Positions 8,674 through 18,243 of a stretch of DNA of 64,000 nucleotides are shown in pieces. The DNA is from a virus. Each line of letters begins with the position of its first letter. Position 1 is the first letter of the stretch. The position numbers and the translations under genes are program-made. Under the pieces are notes generated by a model. It ran no database searches and had not been told where the DNA came from. It was given only the letters and a program-made list of their open reading frames with translations. The stretch lies in IMG/VR virus record IMGVR_UViG_3300031964_000784; one strand, 5' to 3'.

Positions 8674-11166
8674 ATGAAACATCTGGCAACACCCGCAAGA
8701 GAATACGCACCTGGCATGGGCATGGCGGTCGCGGACCGCACCATCAACCGGAAGATTACGCGACAGGTGCCGCTGTATAAGAAACACGTTGATTTGCCGC
8801 GCCGTGATGACATTTCGCTGGACAAGGAAGTTGCCGACTGGTGTAAGTCCAACAATCTCGTGATCGACAGCTATGAAGTGCCGCATGGTGACGGCGAAAT
8901 CGTCGAAGTGATCCTGTACGTGGTTGGCGAGGTCGAGGTTGAGAAATGGGAAGATGTGGCGTATCGGGTCGCCTTCGGCAACTCGCTGCTGCACCCGACA
9001 GCGGAAGGCGACACTCTGTACGACGCTGCGGCACGCCGCAATGCTGAATTTGAAACCATGCACCATCACTTGCGCCAGGCATCGATCTTGATGTCGGGTC
9101 GCCACTTGCAGCACGGTGACGAGACTCAACCTACCCGCAATATGGAGGTCTTCACGAACTGCTCGACTAGCGCGGCGTCGTTTCTGACCTTCTATCTGCT
9201 GCTGAACGGTTCAGGTGTCGGTCGCTCCTATGACGACGACATGCAAGTTCTCGACTTCGCTAGTCTTCCGATCGTGACATGCGTTTGCGATGCGAGCCAT
9301 GCTGACGTTCAAAACGGCACGATCAATGTGCTGGATGTGCGTACCGCGCGCCACTTGTATCACGACAAGGCTGTTCATTACTTCGAAGTGCCGGACAGCC
9401 GCGAAGGTTGGGCCAAAGCGCTCGAAAAGATGGAATTGATGGCGTATCAGTGCATTTATCGCAATGACGTTTTGTTGTTGGACTTCAGCAAGGTTCGTCC
9501 GAAAGGCTCGCCAATCATGGGAATGCAAGGGCGACCCGCGTCCGGCCCGGCTCCGTTGATGTCGGCCATTGCCAACGTGGCAAAGCTGCGCGACGCTGGA
9601 ATGTCTCGCTGGCGCTCTGCGATGTATGCCGATCACTATCTGGCCGAATGCGTTCTGGTAGGCGGTGCGCGTCGTGCTGCCCGCATGGCGACAAAGATTT
9701 GGCGCGACAAGAATGTTCTGGAATTCATCGCGGTCAAGCGCGGCGGCTTCCTCTGGTCGAGCAATAACAGCGTATTGGTGGATCAGGAATTTTGGGACGC
9801 GGTGATGAAGGCGCAGGTGCTTCTGGGCGCAGGTGCAGAAAGCTATGAACAGCTTTGGCGCGACCGTAAGATTAATGCTCTGGAACTGCACGCCTGTAAT
9901 GTATTTAATGCCGTTTGCGAAGCCGCGTATCACGACGGAACCGGCGAGCCTGGCTTGATCACGGTCGATAGGCTGACCTATTCGGACGAAGGCACAGAGG
10001 TTCTGTTCGATGGCAACTTTGCCGAGTCTGAGCGCTATAAGCTGGAGCCGGCAACGCTCGAACTGACTGCGGCACTCGCGAAAGCGTGGCAGGGCTGCCG
10101 CTATAAGGTTATCACCAACCCTTGCGGCGAGATCGTTCTGTCGGCGCTGGGCGGCTACTGTGTCATCGCTGACGTGGTGCCGTACCATGCTGGAGCTACC
10201 GGCCTGAAAGGCGAGACCCGCAAACTTACAGTTTGGGATGCCGACGCCGAAGACGCCTTCCGCACCGCAACCCGCGCGCTGATTCGCACCAACCTGATGG
10301 ACAGTCTGTACCGCAAAGAGGTACAGCGCACCAACCGGATCGGCGTCGGCATTACTGGTCTGCATGAATACGCCTGGGCGCGCTTCGCTTTCGGGTTCCG
10401 CGACATCATCGACGAAGTGAAGTCGAAGGCATTCTGGCTCACGCTGTCACGCTTCAAACGAGCGGTTCAGGACGAGGCTGCTGTTTACTCGGCACTGATT
10501 GGCGTCGTCGCGCCGCATACCGACACGACCATCAAGCCGGCCGGTACGACATCCAAGCTGTTCGGGCTGACGGAAGGCGCGCATTTGGCGTCGATGCGGG
10601 AGTTCTTGCGTTGGGTGCAGTTCCGTAACGGCGACCCGCTGATCGAGGAATACCGCGTCAAGGGCTACCCTGTCCGTGAGTTGCGTATCTATAGCGGTAC
10701 GACGATTGTCGGCTTCCCGACGCAACCGACGATCTGCCAGCTTGGCATGGGCGACCTACTTGTCACGGCGGCAGAAGCTACACCGGAAGAGCAATACCAA
10801 TACCTGCGCTTGCTGGAGAAGTATTGGATTACCGGCGTTGCGGAAGACGGCGTGACTCCATTGCGCGAGACAGGCAATCAGGTGTCTTATACATTGAAGT
10901 ATAAGCCGACTGAAGTCAGCTTCGAGGAGTTCAAGTCAACCCTGTTGGCTGGTCAATCCACGATCCGCTGCTGCTCGGTCATGCCGCAAACCGACACTTC
11001 GGCGTACGAGTACACGCCGGAGGAAATGGTGTCCAAGCATGAGTACGAAATGATCGTCAACGCGATCAAATCGGACATCAAGGAAGAGGTTGGACTGGAA
11101 CACGTCGGCTGTGCCGGCGGCGCCTGCCCGATCGACTTTGGCACCAACGAGGCGTCGGAATCATGA
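8674..11166 (+). CDS. nrdJ: class II (adenosylcobalamin-dependent) ribonucleotide reductase
   Basis: LMSGRHLQ, FTNCS, LNGSGVG, VGGARRAARM, TNPCGEI, RIGVGITG, TIKPAGTTSK; no beta-subunit gene nearby. Confidence 0.85.
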   Translation: MKHLATPAREYAPGMGMAVADRTINRKITRQVPLYKKHVDLPRRDDISLDKEVADWCKSNNLVIDSYEVPHGDGEIVEVILYVVGEVEVEKWEDVAYRVAFGNSLLHPTAEGDTLYDAAARRNAEFETMHHHLRQASILMSGRHLQHGDETQPTRNMEVFTNCSTSAASFLTFYLLLNGSGVGRSYDDDMQVLDFASLPIVTCVCDASHADVQNGTINVLDVRTARHLYHDKAVHYFEVPDSREGWAKALEKMELMAYQCIYRNDVLLLDFSKVRPKGSPIMGMQGRPASGPAPLMSAIANVAKLRDAGMSRWRSAMYADHYLAECVLVGGARRAARMATKIWRDKNVLEFIAVKRGGFLWSSNNSVLVDQEFWDAVMKAQVLLGAGAESYEQLWRDRKINALELHACNVFNAVCEAAYHDGTGEPGLITVDRLTYSDEGTEVLFDGNFAESERYKLEPATLELTAALAKAWQGCRYKVITNPCGEIVLSALGGYCVIADVVPYHAGATGLKGETRKLTVWDADAEDAFRTATRALIRTNLMDSLYRKEVQRTNRIGVGITGLHEYAWARFAFGFRDIIDEVKSKAFWLTLSRFKRAVQDEAAVYSALIGVVAPHTDTTIKPAGTTSKLFGLTEGAHLASMREFLRWVQFRNGDPLIEEYRVKGYPVRELRIYSGTTIVGFPTQPTICQLGMGDLLVTAAEATPEEQYQYLRLLEKYWITGVAEDGVTPLRETGNQVSYTLKYKPTEVSFEEFKSTLLAGQSTIRCCSVMPQTDTSAYEYTPEEMVSKHEYEMIVNAIKSDIKEEVGLEHVGCAGGACPIDFGTNEASES

Positions 11167-11249
11167 TTGAGTGGCCCGACATTGCTCTTCCGCCGGTCAA
11201 TCTCTGGAATGTGCCAAGCGGTCCAAACCGATAAGATTGCCTGAAAAGA

Positions 11250-11267
11250 TAAGTAAGTAGTGAGCTA
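11250..11267. promoter_or_regulatory. palindromic operator (degenerate)
   Basis: TAAGTAA-GTAG-TGAGCTA overlapping TATAAT at 11266. Confidence 0.6.
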
Positions 11268-11315
11268 TAATATAAGGGTAGCGGGTTGAAAGACTCGCTC
11301 CCTTTGGAGACCAAA

Positions 11316-11552
11316 ATGAGCAATGTGATTCAGTTTAGCAAACCGAGCAACGTCGTCCAGCTACCTACGGCGCGAGCAGAAGAAAAGCCAGCCGTCGAGG
11401 CACCTATCGCGGTAAATCCGACAACTGAAGTGGTTCGGGCGCTTTTGTTCTACGCGCGCCAGGGTTGGGATGGTGGCGCTAAAGCGAAGAAGGCACTGGT
11501 CGCAATGGGAGTGGTGGCGCAACCGCAAGCATCTGAGCCGGAGTCCGCATGA
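11316..11552 (+). CDS. hypothetical protein
   Basis: RBS GGAG and upstream TATAAT; LLFYARQGWDGGAKAKKAL. Confidence 0.65.
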   Translation: MSNVIQFSKPSNVVQLPTARAEEKPAVEAPIAVNPTTEVVRALLFYARQGWDGGAKAKKALVAMGVVAQPQASEPESA

Positions 11553-11662
11553 AATTAACGCTGGGCGACATGGTGGCGATTGGATGGGTGGCAGCGGTCG
11601 TAATTACCTCGGTGACGATTGCGGTAATTTTGGAAACAAATCGCAAAACCAGAACTTCCTGA
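11549..11662 (+). CDS. small membrane protein
   Basis: ATGA overlap; 37 aa with one hydrophobic segment (below ORF-track cutoff). Confidence 0.45.
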   Translation: MKLTLGDMVAIGWVAAVVITSVTIAVILETNRKTRTS

Positions 11663-11706
11663 ATGTGGTTTGTACCATGTTTATACAGATTTACAGAAAT
11701 GGAGAA

Positions 11707-12072
11707 ATGATGAAAAAGAACTACCTTGCATTGGCCGTTGTTGCACTTCTCGTCGCCGGCTGCGACCAACCGCGTACGCAATATGTGCAATCAGCGCCGA
11801 CGCAGTATGTCGATCAAGCGCCGCAATACGCTCAACCGGCACCGCAGTACGTGCAACAGCAGCCGGTGGTCGTCCAGCAGCCGTCGGGCAATCACGACAT
11901 GCTTCTCGGCGCGATGGCGGGCTACATGGTGGCCGGTGCGCTGCATGGCGGTAACGGTGGAGGAGGGCATGACTATGGAGGCCATACGATCATTCAGCAA
12001 AAGACCATTGTCGTCAATCACTACCATGCGCCGGCGGTAGTGCGCCCCGCACCATCATTCCGTCGCCGTTAA
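11707..12072 (+). CDS. Q/P-rich lipoprotein
   Basis: RBS GGAG; signal peptide ending LVAGC; repeated (T/P)QY(V/A) units. Confidence 0.7.
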   Translation: MMKKNYLALAVVALLVAGCDQPRTQYVQSAPTQYVDQAPQYAQPAPQYVQQQPVVVQQPSGNHDMLLGAMAGYMVAGALHGGNGGGGHDYGGHTIIQQKTIVVNHYHAPAVVRPAPSFRRR

Positions 12073-12101
12073 TTCGCAGATTTACAGAAACAAGGAGAGA
12101 T

Positions 12102-12932
12102 ATGACAATTACCGCAAAAGTGATCGAGGACTCGATCAGCGAGGATGGCAAGGGCATTACGACGCTACAGCTTTGCTACCCGCGTTTCATCCACGCCGAG
12201 TTCATGACGCACCGCGTTTTCAGCCGCAACGCATCGAGCAGCCGCGCAATTCCGGTCGCAAAGGTTATCGAGCAGGTGCGAACCAATCCGGCCATGCCGA
12301 TCCATTGGGGCAAGAATCAGCCAGGCATGCAAGCGAGCGGGCAACTGACCGGTGTCGAACTTGACCTGGCTAAACGCGAATGGCTGCAACTGGCTGACCG
12401 CGCCGCCTACACCGCTGAATGCATGGTCGAGCTTGGATTGCACAAGCAGGTTGCCAACCGCATTCTGGAGCCATTTCAGCATATCAGCGTTATCGTCACC
12501 GCGACCGATTGGAAGAACTTCTTCGCGCTGCGTGACCATCCCGACGCGCAGCCTGAAATTCGCGAGCTGGCGATTCAGATGGCGGCGGCGATGTACCAAT
12601 CGACGCCAACCGTGCGTAAGCGCGACCGCTTTGATGCGTTTAGCTGGCATTTGCCGTACATCACGGACAACGAGCGAGGCACCTACGTACCGGAATACTT
12701 GGCGAAAATATCAGGCGCGCGCTGTGCCCGTGTTTCGTATTTGACACACGAAGGCAAAGTGCCGGATCGCACCAAAGACTTGGATCTTTACACGAAGCTG
12801 GTCGGATCGGTGCCGCTTCACGCGTCGCCCATCGAGCATCAAGCCTATCCATTGCCGCTGCCATCACAGCGGTCGAACAACTTCGTCGGCTGGCGGCAAT
12901 ACCGTCAACTGGTCGAACAAACTTTTCAATAA
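12102..12932 (+). CDS. thyX: FAD-dependent thymidylate synthase
   Basis: HAEFMTHRVFSRNASSSRAIP, HKQVANRILEPF, ARCARVSY, HASPIEHQA. Confidence 0.93.
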   Translation: MTITAKVIEDSISEDGKGITTLQLCYPRFIHAEFMTHRVFSRNASSSRAIPVAKVIEQVRTNPAMPIHWGKNQPGMQASGQLTGVELDLAKREWLQLADRAAYTAECMVELGLHKQVANRILEPFQHISVIVTATDWKNFFALRDHPDAQPEIRELAIQMAAAMYQSTPTVRKRDRFDAFSWHLPYITDNERGTYVPEYLAKISGARCARVSYLTHEGKVPDRTKDLDLYTKLVGSVPLHASPIEHQAYPLPLPSQRSNNFVGWRQYRQLVEQTFQ

Positions 12933-12946
12933 CCACAAGGAAACAC

Positions 12947-13582
12947 ATGAACTCGAAAGAATACATCGCCAACGCAATCAAGACAGAATCCGTACCGGCC
13001 AGCCTGAGCGTCGACCAGATCGTCCTGCATCAATTCGTCGCTACCATGATTACGGTGGCGGAATTGGCAAACCAAATGAAGCGCAAGCTCTTCTACGGTA
13101 AGCCGCTCACGCGCGAAGCTATCGTTCCGCTTTTGCTCAAAGTGAACGACAGTCTCCGAAATGTCGCGATTTCAATGAACAGCGAAGAGCTTATCAATCA
13201 GCCTATTCCGCAACAGACGTTTGAAGCCTTGCTGGCCGAAGCCGGCGTTCCAAACCACCCGTACGCAGGGGTCAAGTTGGAAAACCTGAACATTCGCCTG
13301 TTGCACTCAGCGTTGGGTATTTTCAGCGAATCCGGCGAGCTGCTGGAAGCGTTGCAAACGCAGTTTGAAACCGGGAAGCTGGACAAGGTGAACTTCGGCG
13401 AAGAACTAGGCGACATTGACTGGTACAAGGCGATCGGTCATGACGAATCCGGCGTCGATGAAGTCGATAACCGAATCCTCAACATCGCCAAGCTGCGTTT
13501 GCGCTACCCAGGCAAGTTCTCGGCAGAGGCCGCGCTTAACCGCAATCTGACAGGCGAGCGTCAGGTTCTCGAAGCAGCATGA
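12947..13582 (+). CDS. MazG-like nucleotide pyrophosphohydrolase
   Basis: LHSALGIFSESGELLEAL...NFGEELGDIDWY...NIAKLRLRYP. Confidence 0.8.
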   Translation: MNSKEYIANAIKTESVPASLSVDQIVLHQFVATMITVAELANQMKRKLFYGKPLTREAIVPLLLKVNDSLRNVAISMNSEELINQPIPQQTFEALLAEAGVPNHPYAGVKLENLNIRLLHSALGIFSESGELLEALQTQFETGKLDKVNFGEELGDIDWYKAIGHDESGVDEVDNRILNIAKLRLRYPGKFSAEAALNRNLTGERQVLEAA

Positions 13583-14217
13583 GCCTGATCAGCCTGGTTG
13601 GAGCGCACCGCACCGGCAAAACGTCGCTGGCGCGCGCCTACGCCGAGAAGCATGAGATTACCTTTCTGGAGACATCCGTATCGGCAATCTTCCGCGAACT
13701 CGGTCACGATCCGGCTGGCGATTTCGACTTCAAAACGCGTCTGATGATCCAGGAGGAGATTCTGACGCGGGTTGATCGAATCTATGCGGAGCAAGATCCT
13801 GCGTTGCAAACCATAACCGACAGGTCACCGTTGGATATGGCGGGCTACCTGATGGCTGACGCGATCGGCAAGTCGGTGCAGGGAAGGGATCAGAAGCATT
13901 TCAAAGCCTACATGGAGAAGTGCTTCGAGATCACCAACCGACGCTTTTCCACCGTCATCTTGGTGCAGCCAGGCATTTCACTGGTCAAGGCGAAGGGGAA
14001 GGCGGCATTGAATGAGGCGTACATCGAGCATCTGAACACCCTGATACTTGGGCTGACGGTGGACGAGCGCCTGAAGGTGCCTCACTTCTACTTGCCGCGT
14101 CGATGTCTGGAAATGGCTGACAGGGTTTCGTCAGTCGAAGGGGCGCTGGGGAGGGTGACGAACGTGGCGAGTCGACACCTTGAAGAGTACGTTGCCAATG
14201 GAAGTTTTATCCATTAG
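13579..14217 (+). CDS. P-loop NMP-kinase-like / AAA_28 protein
   Basis: GAHRTGKTSL Walker A; ITDRSPLD motif. Confidence 0.75.
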   Translation: MSLISLVGAHRTGKTSLARAYAEKHEITFLETSVSAIFRELGHDPAGDFDFKTRLMIQEEILTRVDRIYAEQDPALQTITDRSPLDMAGYLMADAIGKSVQGRDQKHFKAYMEKCFEITNRRFSTVILVQPGISLVKAKGKAALNEAYIEHLNTLILGLTVDERLKVPHFYLPRRCLEMADRVSSVEGALGRVTNVASRHLEEYVANGSFIH

Positions 14218-14231
14218 TTCGTCGGTCAGGA

Positions 14232-14275
14232 TAAGTAAGTAATGACTTGTTTGTCCTGACCGCAAGTTTTACACT
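14232..14275 (+). promoter_or_regulatory. operator overlapping -35 of sigma70-like promoter
   Basis: TAAGTAA-GTAA-TGACTTG; TTGTTT-17-TACACT. Confidence 0.75.
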
Positions 14276-14320
14276 GAATTTGTCGGTTGCGCAGGTTGCG
14301 CGACCTATTCGGAGAAATAA

Positions 14321-14737
14321 ATGAACCTTCCAACTATCCGCGAAGAACTCGACCGCAAGACTTTCGAGACTATCGAATGGCTCGCTGTCAGTCACGATCT
14401 GGGGAAGATTACAGACGGCCAATTCAATACCGGTGTCGATGCTGTCTTCATGAGTGTGGCGGGCTTGGTCAACTACTCGATCATGGAGATTGTGTCGGCC
14501 GCGTCGCGCAGTATTGACCGGCATGACTTGAAGGTGCGCCGGCACTTTGCCAGGCTAGGCGTAGTCGTCACGCTTGAATGGGCGGCCGGGGAGGGTAACT
14601 ACCGATGGGTAACACGCGCCTCGAACGACTCAATTTTAGAGGACAAAGTGAAAACCTTCGACACGCCTGCAATGGCGCTGGAGAAGATGAATAAGGCCGC
14701 CGACCGTTTGATCGGCATGGCATTTACTGAACTATAG
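14321..14737 (+). CDS. hypothetical protein
   Basis: RBS GGAG, preceded by promoter and operator. Confidence 0.7.
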   Translation: MNLPTIREELDRKTFETIEWLAVSHDLGKITDGQFNTGVDAVFMSVAGLVNYSIMEIVSAASRSIDRHDLKVRRHFARLGVVVTLEWAAGEGNYRWVTRASNDSILEDKVKTFDTPAMALEKMNKAADRLIGMAFTEL

Positions 14738-14745
14738 GAGAAACA

Positions 14746-15090
14746 ATGCAACTGCACATACCGCCACTCGGTGCAAAGTTGACTCTGGCGTCCGACTGGA
14801 CATTCGAGCTGTACCTGGAATACCGTAACGGCGCCATGATCGAGGCAATGAAAATCCACTTCGACAAACGCAAGTTCGGCGACGGAGAAATGTACTTGGA
14901 TTGGAATACCAATCAGCACAAGCCGGCCACGCTCCCCGCCGGCACCGAACTGATCGTTCGCCGGTACTACATTCGCTTGGGGCAAAGCGCCTTCGACAGC
15001 GTGACGTTCAGCGTCAAGGTGGGCAAAAAAAGTCATCGCTTTTGGGTGAAGCTGGCCGACGCCAACAACATCGAGCTGGCGCCGGCATGA
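14746..15090 (+). CDS. hypothetical phage protein
   Basis: RBS AGGAG; HIPPLG..LTLASDWTF...LPAGT.L.V.R.YIR pattern recalled from phage hypotheticals. Confidence 0.7.
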   Translation: MQLHIPPLGAKLTLASDWTFELYLEYRNGAMIEAMKIHFDKRKFGDGEMYLDWNTNQHKPATLPAGTELIVRRYYIRLGQSAFDSVTFSVKVGKKSHRFWVKLADANNIELAPA

Positions 15091-15668
15091 AGGCGCCAGT
15101 AACCTATAGCAGATTCATGCCAAAAGATAATGCGGACGCATGGCTGGATTATCTTTGGACAGGACTCGATTGGGTGCGCCACGACAAGGTGCCGCGCCGC
15201 GAGTATTACTGCAACGCGAAAGGCAAGCCGTATAGCTATGGCGTGAAGGATTTCGCCAGAACGTACAAGCCGCAGGTAATCAACCCGCGCTTGGCGTCAC
15301 TGTGGGCGTCGGTTGAGGAATATGTCGGCTGCGAGTTCGAGGTCTGCTTCCTCAATGGCTACGAAAACCAGTCCGATCACTTGGGCTGGCACAGCGACAA
15401 CTCGCCGGAAATGGATGACAGCCGGTCAATCGCAATCCTTACTTTTGGCGCCCAGCGAGAAATATGGTTCAGGCGGACGCCGGAGATACGATTCACCCGC
15501 GATGTCGTACCTGACATGGATCTGGAAAGACTCACGCTTGGGAACGGCAGCCTGTGCGTAATGGCGCCAGGTATGCAGGACACGCACCAGCACCGAATAC
15601 CAAAGGCCAGCTTCGTGTGCGGCAAGCGCATAAGCCTGACTTTTCGCGGCTTCGTGGAGACGACATGA
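15087..15668 (+). CDS. AlkB-like 2OG-Fe(II) dioxygenase
   Basis: CFLNGY...LGWHSD (HxD), THQHRIP (H), RISLTFR. Confidence 0.9.
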   Translation: MKAPVTYSRFMPKDNADAWLDYLWTGLDWVRHDKVPRREYYCNAKGKPYSYGVKDFARTYKPQVINPRLASLWASVEEYVGCEFEVCFLNGYENQSDHLGWHSDNSPEMDDSRSIAILTFGAQREIWFRRTPEIRFTRDVVPDMDLERLTLGNGSLCVMAPGMQDTHQHRIPKASFVCGKRISLTFRGFVETT

Positions 15669-15892
15669 GCCAATCGAGGCGCTTGAGCGCGGAAGAGATC
15701 ATCGTCAGCACGACCATCGGCTTGGGAATCTCCATGATTCTCAACGTGACGGCGGTGCCGGCGATCCTCCACACGCCTGTCAACTTCACCGCAAACATGA
15801 CACTGCTTGCCGTTTTCACAGGCGCGTCGCTCATTCGCGGCTACGCGATGCGCCGCTGGTACAACTGGAGGGCGAACCGTGCGAGTGACTAG
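15665..15892 (+). CDS. small two-TM membrane protein
   Basis: ATGA overlap; two hydrophobic segments; SLIRGYAMRRWYN. Confidence 0.65.
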   Translation: MSQSRRLSAEEIIVSTTIGLGISMILNVTAVPAILHTPVNFTANMTLLAVFTGASLIRGYAMRRWYNWRANRASD

Positions 15893-16304
15893 CACATCAA
15901 TTGCCGCGTTCCACACTGCGCCAATCATTTCGATGCGTGAGCAGGTGTTGGAGGTCATCGAAAGCTTTGGCGCCGCCGGCTGCATTACCGATGACGTTAT
16001 TGCTCACTTTTCCAAGACGGCAAAGACGAACACCGGGAGAATCACCGGACGGTTCTCGGAGCTGGAGAACGAAGGCAAGATGGTTCGAGTAGGCGACACG
16101 CGCCCAGGCGCGTCCGGTAAGCAGCAGATGATAATGCGAGCGACGGCGCATGCCGCGACCATGAAGCCGGTGTTTGGCAAGACGAAGAAGAATCCTTTCC
16201 TAGCCGGTATGAAGCATGCGGCGCGCATCGTACTGGCGGCGGGAGATTACCCCGAGGCGCGGGCAGCGCTTAAACGTGAACTGATAAAGGCAGCAAAACG
16301 ATGA
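15879..16304 (+). CDS. winged helix-turn-helix protein
   Basis: REQVLEVIESFG..G.ITDDV...ITGRFSELENEG...GDTRPGASGK. Confidence 0.65.
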   Translation: MRVTSTSIAAFHTAPIISMREQVLEVIESFGAAGCITDDVIAHFSKTAKTNTGRITGRFSELENEGKMVRVGDTRPGASGKQQMIMRATAHAATMKPVFGKTKKNPFLAGMKHAARIVLAAGDYPEARAALKRELIKAAKR

Positions 16305-16663
16305 ACGACGCGATGAACCGATTGAATCAAGTGGCTTTTCTCATTGGTGGGATTGAAGCAGCAGAGCCGACCGAGACGGATCGCCCGTGGCCCTTCAAAG
16401 GTCAGGAGCTTGAAGCCTGGATGGCAGTCGTGCCGGATGAGGAAGACCCAGCCTTCTGCTACGTCGAAGTGATGTCGGCACCAGAGGAGGTGCGAGAGGT
16501 TATGTATGACGCGTCCGGCACGGTTGTTACGGAAGAAGTGTTCGACATGGACGAAGTGCCGGTCATTCATGGCTTGTACAAGGTCAAGCTGAAGTTTTGG
16601 CAGGAGGGCAGCGGCGAGGATATGGACTTCGGCTTCAACATCGTATCGAAGGAGAAAATCTGA
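16301..16663 (+). CDS. acidic hypothetical protein
   Basis: ATGA overlap; strongly D/E-rich. Confidence 0.65.
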   Translation: MNDAMNRLNQVAFLIGGIEAAEPTETDRPWPFKGQELEAWMAVVPDEEDPAFCYVEVMSAPEEVREVMYDASGTVVTEEVFDMDEVPVIHGLYKVKLKFWQEGSGEDMDFGFNIVSKEKI

Positions 16664-16705
16664 AACTTGCCGAGCAAGTAGTCGCGTAATCGTAAAAGTT
16701 TGCGC

Positions 16706-16730
16706 TATAATATAAGTAAGCACTGAGTTA
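16706..16730 (+). promoter_or_regulatory. -10 box followed by operator
   Basis: TATAAT 16706; TAAGTAA-GCAC-TGAGTTA 16713-16730. Confidence 0.7.
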
Positions 16731-16764
16731 TAGTTAATTCAGATCAACCAAAGGAGAATCCATT

Positions 16765-17376
16765 ATGGCAAGTCAACGCCTCACAAATCAACTGCGTACC
16801 GAAATCATCGACAGCGCTATGGTCGGCGCATTCAAGAAAGAGCGCGAAGCTAATAAACAGGCGCGCATTGACCTGACCGGCCGCGTCTATCGGAGGCTTG
16901 TCACCGAAGAGCAAGAAAAGGCGATGAAGAAATTTCCTCCAGGTTTCTTCCACTCTGGTTCCGGCACGAGGTACATCTACATCGGCGCCGACGACAGCAA
17001 GACGAATCGATTTACACTCGACTTCGGCACAGTGAGCCGCATGCTTCCCGCAAACTGCCAACACAACTTTACCGTCATTGACGCAAAGATTAACCAGCAA
17101 GCCGACAAGATCACGGAAATGGACGAGTCGATCAAAAATCGCACCAACGAATTGCGCGAAAAAATCAGCCAGGTCGTCAACTCTGTTGGATCTGTCGCCA
17201 AGCTGCTTGAAGTGTGGCCCGAAGCAGAGCCTTTCATACCGGTTGCCTCTGCGCCGGTCAAGTCAAACCTGCCGGCAGTCATCGTCAAAGACCTGATGGC
17301 GGCCCTCATGAGCGCCAAAGGCGAGAAGCCGGCCAAGTCGAGCAAGACGTGCGACAGCTTCGCGCTGGCAGCGTAA
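16765..17376 (+). CDS. Nmad5-like (nucleotide modification associated domain 5) protein
   Basis: RLTNQLRTEII N-terminus and SVAKLLEVWPEAEPFIP...NLPA motif. Confidence 0.7.
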   Translation: MASQRLTNQLRTEIIDSAMVGAFKKEREANKQARIDLTGRVYRRLVTEEQEKAMKKFPPGFFHSGSGTRYIYIGADDSKTNRFTLDFGTVSRMLPANCQHNFTVIDAKINQQADKITEMDESIKNRTNELREKISQVVNSVGSVAKLLEVWPEAEPFIPVASAPVKSNLPAVIVKDLMAALMSAKGEKPAKSSKTCDSFALAA

Positions 17377-17415
17377 GAATTCGTTTTAACCTTCACAACA
17401 ACAGGAGAAGTAAAG

Positions 17416-17844
17416 ATGGCAAAAGTAACATTGTTCCGCACCACCGACGGCCAACTGCACGAAACAGAGGCGGCTCACGACGCTCACCAGCGCCGGCTGC
17501 GCGCTAAACCGGCACTGGAGGCGCTAGTCGAGAATACGCTTTGGTCATTCAACGCGATCGAGGCGAATGGCGGCAAGGACAAAGATATTATATTCCGTGA
17601 CCAGCTTGCCAACTTCATCAACGACCACGCCGACAACATTCGCAAGATCCTGACGGACTCGCTGACGGCCAAGCGCGCACCACGCAAGCTGAAGTCAGTT
17701 AAGCCGGCTACCACTGTCGCGACACAATCCGCCGCGTTCGTAGCCGCATCGAGCGATGTTGCCGGATCGGTCGATGCGGCGAAGGCACACCCGTTTCCAG
17801 GCGAGCAATACTTTCTGAACGCGGGCAACAAGGCGGCAGCCTAA
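17416..17844 (+). CDS. hypothetical protein
   Basis: RBS AGGAG; FRTTDGQLHETEAA motif. Confidence 0.65.
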   Translation: MAKVTLFRTTDGQLHETEAAHDAHQRRLRAKPALEALVENTLWSFNAIEANGGKDKDIIFRDQLANFINDHADNIRKILTDSLTAKRAPRKLKSVKPATTVATQSAAFVAASSDVAGSVDAAKAHPFPGEQYFLNAGNKAAA

Positions 17845-17867
17845 CCGTTTAACCACGTCCTCGTCGG

Positions 17868-17885
17868 TAAGTAATCGGTGAGGTA
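17868..17885. promoter_or_regulatory. weak operator
   Basis: TAAGTAA-TCGG-TGAGGTA. Confidence 0.45.
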
Positions 17886-17904
17886 TTAAATTTTAGAGGA
17901 ACAC

Positions 17905-18243
17905 ATGAAAGACTACTTTCGCTTCGTCGCCATCGTCCTGCTGATTATCTTGACGCTTGGGCTATTCGGTTTCGCCGGCAACCTACTGGGCTTCTTCAGC
18001 TTCGCCTTCTTTGCACCAAAGGTCGAGCAGGTTCGCTACAACACGTTCAAGAACGGTCAAGCCTACAACGACGGAATGATGCACGACCTGGAAGACGTGA
18101 AGATGGAATACAACAACGCCACCCCAGACCAGAAGGTCATGTTGCGCGCCATTGCTTTGCGCCGTTTAAGCGTCTACGACACCAACAGGTTACCGCCTGA
18201 CCTTCAACAATTCTCCCTCCAACTTCAAGGAAATGCCCAATGA
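17905..18243 (+). CDS. membrane-anchored phage protein
   Basis: N-terminal TM; FAPKVEQVRYNTFKNGQAYNDGM. Confidence 0.75.
   Translation: MKDYFRFVAIVLLIILTLGLFGFAGNLLGFFSFAFFAPKVEQVRYNTFKNGQAYNDGMMHDLEDVKMEYNNATPDQKVMLRAIALRRLSVYDTNRLPPDLQQFSLQLQGNAQ

Noticed and set aside
9211-10365. Long antisense ORFs (e.g. 9211-10365, 49606-50340, 62882-63748, 5408-6067)
   Set aside because: They are shadow frames opposite well-supported genes in GC-rich sequence, with no RBS or recognisable motifs.
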